Assembly (NCBI GenBank): GCA_943787795.1
Contig: CALSNU010000006.1
Span: forward strand, 160,001 to 224,000
Origin: an uncultured bacterium
GTDB lineage: Bacteria > Planctomycetota > UBA1135 > GCA-002686595
Direction: 5' to 3'
DNA: 64,000 nt
Part shown: positions 56,921 through 64,000 of the stretch, piece after piece
Layout: each line of letters starts with the position of its first letter
Position numbering within the stretch: the stretch's first letter is position 1
Notes under the pieces: generated by a model
The model's input: only the letters and a program-made list of their open reading frames with translations
Told to the model about the DNA's origin: nothing
Databases searched by the model: none
Made by a program: the position numbers and the translations under genes

Positions 56921-57910
56921 ATGTCCAGCATCGTTCGAGTCGGAATCGCTGGCACCGGCCACTCGACCCCCCCGAGGGTCGTCACCAACGACGACCTCGC
57001 CGAGGTCGTGGACACCAGCGACGAATGGATCACCCAGCGCACGGGCATCCGCGAGCGGCGGCACGTGGACGAGGGGACCAACTGCTCCACCCTGTGCACC
57101 GAGGCCGCCCAGCGGGCCCTTGAGGACGCCGGAGTCGAAGCCAAGGACATCGACCTCATCGTGGTCGGGTCACTGACCCAGGACCACCTGATGCCGTCCA
57201 CGGCGGTCCTCATTCAGCGCAACCTCGGCTGCGAGAACGCCGGAGCCTTTGATGTGCTGGCAGCCTGCACGGGGTTCATCACAGCTCTGCAGACCGCCGA
57301 GGCGTTCGTCGCCGCCGGCAGGGCCAAGAACGTGCTCGCCATCGGCGGCGAGACGCTCTCACGCTACCTCGACATGTCGGATCGAACCTCCTGCATCCTC
57401 TTCGGCGACGGCGCCGGGGCGGCGGTCATCCAACCGCTGGAGGACTGCCAGCAGGGCGAGCTGCTGCGCCACGAACTCGGCGCCGACGGTTCGGGCTACG
57501 AGTTCATCCACATCCCTGAGGGCGGCGCTGCCCGCCCGCACAACCACCCCGACTACGACAAGTCCAACCACTTCATCCGCGTCAAGGGCCGCGAGGTCTA
57601 CCGGTTCGCCGTGACAAAGATGTCCGAGCTCATCCGCGAGGCCGCCGCCGCAACCGAGACCGGTGAGGTTGACCTGGTCATCCCGCACCAGGTCAACATG
57701 CGGATCATTGAAGGCGCGCGGGAGCGTCTGGATTGGCCGATCGAGAAGTTCTTTGTGAACATCCAGAAGTACGGCAACACCTCCGCCGCCAGCGTCCCGA
57801 TCGCCCTCGACGAGGCGGCCCGTTCCGGGCAGCTCAAGAAGGGCGACACGGTTGTGCTCGTGGCCTTTGGGGCCGGGCTGACCTGGGGCGCCACCACACT
57901 CCGCTGGTGA
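56921..57910 (+). CDS. fabH: beta-ketoacyl-ACP synthase III
   Basis: DTSDEWITQRTGIRER, AACTGF, FGDGAGA, PHQVN and YGNTSAAS. Confidence 0.97.
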   Translation: MSSIVRVGIAGTGHSTPPRVVTNDDLAEVVDTSDEWITQRTGIRERRHVDEGTNCSTLCTEAAQRALEDAGVEAKDIDLIVVGSLTQDHLMPSTAVLIQRNLGCENAGAFDVLAACTGFITALQTAEAFVAAGRAKNVLAIGGETLSRYLDMSDRTSCILFGDGAGAAVIQPLEDCQQGELLRHELGADGSGYEFIHIPEGGAARPHNHPDYDKSNHFIRVKGREVYRFAVTKMSELIREAAAATETGEVDLVIPHQVNMRIIEGARERLDWPIEKFFVNIQKYGNTSAASVPIALDEAARSGQLKKGDTVVLVAFGAGLTWGATTLRW

Positions 57911-57927
57911 GCCGAGGAGCACCGACC

Positions 57928-58872
57928 ATGAACACCCTCCCGATTCTCTTCCCTGGCCAAGGGGCCCAGGCCCGCGGCATGGGCCGCGACTTCGCCGAGG
58001 CCTTCCCCGAGGCCGCCGAGACCTGGGCCGAGGCGGACGCCGCCCTCGGCTTCAGCCTTCGAGACGCTTGCTGGGAGGCGGAGGACGAGGTCAACCGCAC
58101 CGATATCGCGCAGCCCGGCATCTTCACCGCAGGCGTGGCGGCGATTCGCGTCCTCCAGGCCCGCGGGCTCGAGCTCTCCACCGCGCCCTTCATGGCGGGC
58201 CTCTCCCTGGGCGAATACACGGCCCACTGGGCGGCGGGGACCTTTAGCTTTGAGGACGGGCTGCGATTGGTGCGGCTTCGCGGTGAAGCGATGCAGGACG
58301 CCTCTGAGGTGAACCCGAGCGGAATGGCCAGCCTGATGGGGGCTACGCCGGAGCAGGCGGAGGCCCTCGCGGCCGTCGGCGCAGAGCACGGCGTCTGTCA
58401 GGTCGCCAACCTCAACGCCCCGGGCCAGATCGTCATCTCCGGGGCCTTCCCCGCCCTCGATGCCGTCGAGGCCTGCTCGAAGGACCATGGGGTTCGACGG
58501 GTCCGGCGCCTCGTGGTGGCCGGCGGATTCCACAGTGAGTGCATGCGTCCGGCGGCAGACCGCCTGGCCGAAGCGCTGGCGGAGACCACGATCTGCGACC
58601 CGACGGTCCCGGTGATCTCCAATGTCACCGCGGCTCCCGTGGCCTCAGCGGACGAGGTCAAGGCGACCCTGGCCACCCAGGTCTGCGCCCCGGTCCTCTG
58701 GGAGCGCTCCATGCGGCGGGCTCTGGACGAGGGACACCGGCGGTTCCTGGAGCCCGCTCCCGGCACGATCCTGGCCGGGATCCTCCGCAAGATCGACGGG
58801 GACGCCGAGGTGGTCCCCGTGAGCCGACCTGAAGAGGTCGAAGGTGCACTGGCGAGCGTCGGCGCCGCTTGA
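57928..58872 (+). CDS. fabD: malonyl-CoA:ACP transacylase
   Basis: FPGQGAQ, GLSLGEY, NLNAPGQIVISG and GGFHS. Confidence 0.96.
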   Translation: MNTLPILFPGQGAQARGMGRDFAEAFPEAAETWAEADAALGFSLRDACWEAEDEVNRTDIAQPGIFTAGVAAIRVLQARGLELSTAPFMAGLSLGEYTAHWAAGTFSFEDGLRLVRLRGEAMQDASEVNPSGMASLMGATPEQAEALAAVGAEHGVCQVANLNAPGQIVISGAFPALDAVEACSKDHGVRRVRRLVVAGGFHSECMRPAADRLAEALAETTICDPTVPVISNVTAAPVASADEVKATLATQVCAPVLWERSMRRALDEGHRRFLEPAPGTILAGILRKIDGDAEVVPVSRPEEVEGALASVGAA

Positions 58873-58939
58873 TGCTCCCAGCGCCCCTGGATACCCTCCC
58901 CGTCCAGCATTCGATCCGTCTCCTTTCCGGCAGCCAGCC

Positions 58940-59710
58940 TTGAGCGACCCCACCCAATCCCAGACCGCCAGGCCCCTTGAGGGCAAGGCCGCCCTCGTCA
59001 CGGGTGCCAGCCGCGGCATCGGTCGGGCCATCGCCGTCCACCTCGCCGGGCTCGGCGCCCGCGTCGCTTGCGTGGCCACACGCGTGGAGAACGCGGAACC
59101 GGCGGCCAGCGCCTGCGCGGAGCGGACCGATGGCGCGAGGGCCTACGGGGTCGACGTGTCGAACCACGGCGCCGTCGCGGACCTCGTCAAGCAGGTCGGG
59201 GCGGACCTTGGAGGGATCGACATCCTGGTGAATAACGCCGGGATCACCCGGGACCAGCTGCTCATGCGAATGAGCGAGGACGACTTCGACAGCGTCATCA
59301 ACGTCAACCTCAAGGGCACCTGGAACTTCGTCAAGGCCGCGGCGCGGCCCCTGATGAAGGCCGGAAGCGGGCGCATCATCAACATCGCCTCCGTGGTGGG
59401 GGTCACGGGCAACGCGGGTCAGGCCAACTACGCTGCGAGCAAGGCTGGCGTGATCGGGCTGACACGGTCCGCGGCCAAGGAGCTCAGCGGCCGCGGCGTG
59501 GCCGTCAACGCCATTGCCCCCGGCTTCATCGAGACGGACATGACGTCCGAGATCCCCGAGAATGAGCGCGCCAAGCTCGTGAGCGCCATCCCGCTCTCAC
59601 GCATGGGGGCCAGTGAGGAGATCGCCGCTGCGGTGGGCTTCCTCGCGGGTCCAGGCGGCGCCTACATCACAGGTCAGACCCTGATCGTGGACGGCGGATT
59701 GAGCCTCTAG
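58940..59710 (+). CDS. fabG: 3-oxoacyl-ACP reductase
   Basis: [25 protein letters not shown] and VDGGL; start codon (TTG) uncertain. Confidence 0.95.
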   Translation: MSDPTQSQTARPLEGKAALVTGASRGIGRAIAVHLAGLGARVACVATRVENAEPAASACAERTDGARAYGVDVSNHGAVADLVKQVGADLGGIDILVNNAGITRDQLLMRMSEDDFDSVINVNLKGTWNFVKAAARPLMKAGSGRIINIASVVGVTGNAGQANYAASKAGVIGLTRSAAKELSGRGVAVNAIAPGFIETDMTSEIPENERAKLVSAIPLSRMGASEEIAAAVGFLAGPGGAYITGQTLIVDGGLSL

Positions 59711-59816
59711 CGACCAGGGACACTATCATCCACGGCCGGCCACCGGCCTTTCCACGCAACCTGCCCGTCTCGACTCTCGAGCGGGCGCCCCCCTTCCTCC
59801 CATGGAGAACAGTCAC

Positions 59817-60059
59817 GTGAGCGACACCTCAGTCGACGAAAAGGTCACCAAGATCGTCTGCGACCAGATGGGCACGACCCCGGACAAGATCTCGCTCGAG
59901 ACCTCGTTCATCAACGATCTCGGCGCAGACTCCCTCGATACCGTCGAGCTCGTCATGGAGTTCGAAGATGCCTTCGACATCAACATCCCCGACGAGGACG
60001 CGGAGAAGATCCAGACCGTCGGAGCCGCCGTCGAGTACATCGGCGCCAAGCTTCAGTAG
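59817..60059 (+). CDS. acpP: acyl carrier protein
   Basis: [21 protein letters not shown] start preceded by GGAG. Confidence 0.97.
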   Translation: MSDTSVDEKVTKIVCDQMGTTPDKISLETSFINDLGADSLDTVELVMEFEDAFDINIPDEDAEKIQTVGAAVEYIGAKLQ

Positions 60060-60179
60060 AGCCGTCCCTGCACTGCGAGCGCGCTGCACGGCGCACGCTG
60101 AAGTCTGCCCTGCGAGGGGTTCAGATCAGTCGCAGTTCGTCACCCTCTCGCCCTCGCGGCCGTCCACGGCACCCCATCC

Positions 60180-61424
60180 ATGCGTCGAGTAGTCATCACA
60201 GGCCTCGGGACCGTCAACGCCCTTGGGCTCGACGTCCCGACCTCGTATCCGCGGATCCTCGCGGGCGAGAACGGCGTCACCACCCTGGATCGTTTCGACA
60301 CCACGGGGATCACCGCCACCATCGCGGCTCAGGTGCAGTGGTCCGCAGCGGACTGCGGGTTCGACGTGAAGGACCAGCGCAAGCTGGACCCCTTCACCAT
60401 GTGGGCCCTGATGGCGTCGGACGAGGCGCTGAAGGACGCGGGCTTCGGCGACCTCCGCGAGCACCCCGAGGCTGCGCGCGAGCGCTTTGGCTCGATCGTG
60501 GGCACGGGGATCGGAGGCATCACCGGCGTCCTCGAGCAGCACGACGTCATGCGAGACCGCGGGGCCCGACGGGTCACGCCGCACTTCATCCCGCGGATCA
60601 TGCCCAACGCCGTCAGCGGTCAGGTCGCGATCCGGCACGGACTCATGGGCACGGCGTTCACGACCTCGAGCGCCTGTGCCTCCGCGGGGCATGCGATCGG
60701 AATGGCATGGCGCTCCATCCAATGGGACGAGTGTGACCTCGTGGTGACGGGGGGCGCGGAGTCCGCGATCACACCGCTCTCCATGGCCGGCTTCGCGTCC
60801 GCCAAGGCGCTATCCACGCGCAACGACGCGCCGCACGAGGCGTCACGTCCCTTCGACCTGGATCGGGACGGCTTCGTGATGGGCGAGGGCGCGGGCCTCC
60901 TCGTGCTTGAGGAGTACGAGCACGCGAAGCGCCGCGGGGCGCGGATCTATGCCGAGGTGAAGGGCTACGGCTCCACCGACGACGCGTTCCACATCACCGC
61001 TCCCAAGGAGGACGGGCACGGCCCGGCCAGGGCCATGGGCGACGCGCTGCGCCACGGCGGCGTGGACCCGACCAACGTCCAGTACATCAACGCCCACGGA
61101 ACGAGCACCGCGTACAACGACTCCATCGAGACCACGGCCATCAAGCGGCTGTTTGGAGATCACGCGAGCAGCCTGGCCGTGAACTCCACCAAGTCGATGA
61201 TCGGTCACCTCCTCGGAGCGGCCACGGCCGTGGAGCTGGTGGTGACGGCCAAGGCCATCGCGAACGGCGAGGTCCACCCGACGCGGAACTACACGACGCC
61301 CGACCCTGCCTGCGACCTTGACTACGTGCCCGGAGAGGCCCGCGCGCTCTCCATCGAGAACGCCCTGTGCAACTCGCTGGGATTTGGCGGACATAACGTC
61401 TCGATCCTCATCGGTAAGCTCTGA
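60180..61424 (+). CDS. fabF: beta-ketoacyl-ACP synthase II
   Basis: RRVVITGLG, SACAS, NAHGTST, KSMIGHLLGA and SLGFGGHN. Confidence 0.97.
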   Translation: MRRVVITGLGTVNALGLDVPTSYPRILAGENGVTTLDRFDTTGITATIAAQVQWSAADCGFDVKDQRKLDPFTMWALMASDEALKDAGFGDLREHPEAARERFGSIVGTGIGGITGVLEQHDVMRDRGARRVTPHFIPRIMPNAVSGQVAIRHGLMGTAFTTSSACASAGHAIGMAWRSIQWDECDLVVTGGAESAITPLSMAGFASAKALSTRNDAPHEASRPFDLDRDGFVMGEGAGLLVLEEYEHAKRRGARIYAEVKGYGSTDDAFHITAPKEDGHGPARAMGDALRHGGVDPTNVQYINAHGTSTAYNDSIETTAIKRLFGDHASSLAVNSTKSMIGHLLGAATAVELVVTAKAIANGEVHPTRNYTTPDPACDLDYVPGEARALSIENALCNSLGFGGHNVSILIGKL

Positions 61425-61435
61425 GCGACGGACCC

Positions 61436-62812
61436 ATGGACGCCCGGATGAGCACGCTGCGGACTCGCTTCGAGGAGGCCGGACAGGGTCACGTGCTCGG
61501 TCTCTGGGAGAGCCTCGGCTCCGCCCAGCAAGCAGCCTTCGCGGCCCAGCTTGAGGGCGTCGACCTCGACCTCGTCACGCGCCTGGGTAGCCGCCTCACC
61601 GATGACTCCGAGGCGGACAGCCCGGCGCTCGCCCCTCCGGAGGTCTTCCCCGCCTCGGCGAGCGGGGCGCGCAGCGACGAGCGGAAGAGGGCGATCGCGC
61701 GCGGCGAAGAGCTCCTCGCTGCCGGTCGGGTGGGGTTCGTGCTGGTCGCCGGTGGGCAGGGCTCACGGCTGGGCTTCGACGGACCCAAGGGCGCCTACGA
61801 GATTGGCCCCGTCACCTCCAAGAGCCTCTTTGAGTGGCACGCGGCGCGGATTCAGGCCGCCGGTACGCGGCACGGCTTCAAGCCCCGCTGGTATGTCATG
61901 ACCTCGGCGGCCAACGACGCCGCCACCCGCGCGTTCTTCGACGCACACGGCCACTTCGGCTTCGACCCGGCCGACGTCTTCCTCTTCCAGCAGGACATGC
62001 TCCCCGCCCTGGACCCCGAGGGGAAGATCGTCCTCGCGGCGCCTGGGGAGCTCTTCCTCGCCCCGAACGGGCACGGCGGGACGCTGGCGGCGCTGAAGTC
62101 CTCGGGCGCGCTGGCCGACATGGCCGCGCACGGGATCGACGAGCTGAGCTACTTCCAGGTGGACAACCCCCTCGGCCGGCACGCCGACCCCCTCTTCATC
62201 GGCCTGCACGACCTCGCGGCGGCGGAGATGTCGAGCAAGGTGGTGGCGAAGCGGGATGCGGCGGAGAAGGTGGGGGTCCTCGGGCTCTTGAACGGCGTGC
62301 TCGGGTGCATCGAATACTCCGACCTCTCCGATGACCTGCGCAACGCCACCGACGAGCGTGGCGAGCTCCTGTTCAACGCCGGCAATATCGCAGCCCACGT
62401 CATCCGCCGCGACTTCGTCGAAGCCCTCACCGACGGCGGGGACCTTGACCTCCCATGGCACGTGGCGCGCAAGAACCTCAAGTGCATCTCAGCGGACGGT
62501 CAGCCAGCAGAGCGGCCGGGCGTGAAGTTCGAGACGTTCATCTTCGACGCCCTCGCCAGGACCAGCGCCAGCGTGGTCCTGGAGGTGCTGCGCGAGGAGG
62601 AGTTCAGCCCCGTCAAGAACGCGGAGGGCAACGACTCTCCGGCCACCACGCGGAGCGATCTGACCCGGCTCGCCTGCCAGGTCTCGGGGGCGGAGAGCGC
62701 CGCGATGGAGCTGGATCCCCGCCTCGCAGAGACACCCGCTGAGTTCGCTGCGAACCAGCCCCAGGCCGATGACACCGCGAATGGGGTGGTCTTCAAACCC
62801 GCTCCTCGCTGA
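61436..62812 (+). CDS. UDPGP-family (eukaryote-type UDP-GlcNAc/UDP-sugar) pyrophosphorylase
   Basis: VAGGQGSRLGFDGPKG, PNGHGG, QVDNPL, IEYSDL, KFETFIFD and EFSPVKNA. Confidence 0.9.
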   Translation: MDARMSTLRTRFEEAGQGHVLGLWESLGSAQQAAFAAQLEGVDLDLVTRLGSRLTDDSEADSPALAPPEVFPASASGARSDERKRAIARGEELLAAGRVGFVLVAGGQGSRLGFDGPKGAYEIGPVTSKSLFEWHAARIQAAGTRHGFKPRWYVMTSAANDAATRAFFDAHGHFGFDPADVFLFQQDMLPALDPEGKIVLAAPGELFLAPNGHGGTLAALKSSGALADMAAHGIDELSYFQVDNPLGRHADPLFIGLHDLAAAEMSSKVVAKRDAAEKVGVLGLLNGVLGCIEYSDLSDDLRNATDERGELLFNAGNIAAHVIRRDFVEALTDGGDLDLPWHVARKNLKCISADGQPAERPGVKFETFIFDALARTSASVVLEVLREEEFSPVKNAEGNDSPATTRSDLTRLACQVSGAESAAMELDPRLAETPAEFAANQPQADDTANGVVFKPAPR

Positions 62813-63894
62813 TGGCTGCCTGGGAGACCTGGCGCCGCCAGGACGTCAAGGAGCGCCTCACCCGGACGCCCATCACCGTGCTGATGGGCGGACAGAGTGG
62901 TGAGCGAGGCGTCTCACTGACGTCTGGTGGCGCGGTGCTTGCGGCGCTCCGCGACCTCACTGGCCCCTCCTTCGAGGTCTCACCCCCGGTCTTCGAGGTG
63001 GAGATCAACCCTGCCGGCAAGTGGACCCTCGACGGCGCTGCGCTGGAGCCTCAACAGGCCATTGGCAGCCTGCCAGAGGACACGGTCTTCCTGCTCGCGC
63101 TCCACGGCGGAGAGGGCGAGGACGGGACGGTTCAGGGGCTCCTGGACGAAGCCGAGCGCCGATACACCGGAGCGGGGCCGGAGTGCTCTGCCCTGTGCAT
63201 GGACAAGCACCTGAGCCGCGAGGCGGCCTCCCGCGCCGGGGTCCGCGTCGCCGAAGGGGCCCTGGTGACACGAGCCTCCTTCACGGAAGATCGAGCGGGG
63301 GCCCTGTCCAGGGCTCTCGCAGTGCCCGGGCCGGTCCGCTTTGTGAAGCACACCAGCGCAGGCTCGTCGTTCGGGGTGCACCTGTGCCGCGATGATGCGG
63401 CGGTCGAGGCCGCCTGTGACGAGGTGACCGCGAGCGGCGCGGATGTGCTGGTCGAAGCCGAGGTCCGCGGCCTGGAGACCACAGTGGGGGTCATGGGGGA
63501 CGGGAGCGAGGCCTTCGCGCTGCCCGTGGCGGAGATCGTGCCTGGCGAAGGCGGCTTCTTCGACCACGAGCAGAAGTACTCCGCGGATCACGGCGCCGAG
63601 GAGTTCTGTCCTCCCCGCCACCTCTCCGATGACCTCGCGCAGAGGGTCAAGGCGAGGGCCTTGACCGCCTGGGGGTCATTCGGTGGCGCTCGCTATGCCC
63701 GGATCGACTTCATCGTCCCGGCGGAGCGGCGAGGGGACGGCTCCTTTCAGTTGAACGCCGACGCGGAGCCCGTGCTCCTCGAGGCCAACACGCTCCCGGG
63801 CTTCACCCCGCGTTCACTCTTGCCGCTGGCGGCGGCAGCGGACGGCGTCGGGTTCCGGGAACTATGCCTTGAGCTCGTGGCGCGCGCGCTCTGA
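62812..63894 (+). CDS. ddl: D-alanine--D-alanine ligase
   Basis: GGQSGERGVSLTSG, LHGGEGEDGTVQG, MDK, GSSFGV, RIDF and EANTLPGFT. Confidence 0.93.
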   Translation: MAAWETWRRQDVKERLTRTPITVLMGGQSGERGVSLTSGGAVLAALRDLTGPSFEVSPPVFEVEINPAGKWTLDGAALEPQQAIGSLPEDTVFLLALHGGEGEDGTVQGLLDEAERRYTGAGPECSALCMDKHLSREAASRAGVRVAEGALVTRASFTEDRAGALSRALAVPGPVRFVKHTSAGSSFGVHLCRDDAAVEAACDEVTASGADVLVEAEVRGLETTVGVMGDGSEAFALPVAEIVPGEGGFFDHEQKYSADHGAEEFCPPRHLSDDLAQRVKARALTAWGSFGGARYARIDFIVPAERRGDGSFQLNADAEPVLLEANTLPGFTPRSLLPLAAAADGVGFRELCLELVARAL

Positions 63895-64000
63895 GCTCCA
63901 CGGGAGCGTCCACGGATCACGTCGGGCAGGCTCCGCGCCGCGCTGATCCGTTGCCTGGGAGCGAGCCCACTCGTCCATGGGGCGCGACCCCGCACCCCTC

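Noticed and set aside
56921..61424. fab genes as a type II polyketide or ladderane cluster
   Set aside because: The order is the canonical rpmF-plsX-fabH-fabD-fabG-acpP-fabF with intact standard motifs, and there is no chain-length factor or tailoring gene.

Overview
GC-rich bacterial chromosome segment, most consistent with an uncultured Planctomycetota lineage (inferred from a very long GreA, a eukaryote-type UDP-sugar pyrophosphorylase, a WGQWRGP PQQ-propeller fragment, an ECF sigma factor with a transmembrane/periplasmic extension, and DUF1573/MauE genes). Positions 1-26.9 kb and 45.7-64 kb are mostly housekeeping: tRNA-Asn/Trp/Leu, tmRNA, msrA, gluQ, pfkA, rfbC, sahR-ahcY, greA, rlmI-like, dusB, pcnB, rsmG, tldD/pmbA, smpB, thpR, recA, alaS, rpmF-plsX-fabHDG-acpP-fabF and ddl. 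Downstream of ssrA (about 26.9-45.5 kb) is an accessory region with gene scraps. It holds an A+T-richer 5.1-kb four-gene cassette (Cys-rich secreted protein, membrane-anchored exported protein, DUF1573 protein, MauE-DUF1573 fusion) bracketed by a 767-bp imperfect direct repeat. It also holds a membrane-spanning ECF sigma factor gene interrupted by one extra base in a G7/C7 tract, a double FG-GAP propeller protein, and an orphan PhnD-like binding protein paired with a hybrid histidine kinase. Two intergenic multi-hairpin small-RNA candidates (17.8 kb and 49.4 kb, the latter GGA-rich) and several short tandem arrays seeded at stop codons were also seen. No CRISPR array, integrase or transposase was recognised. 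All calls come from reading motifs by eye; no database searches were run.
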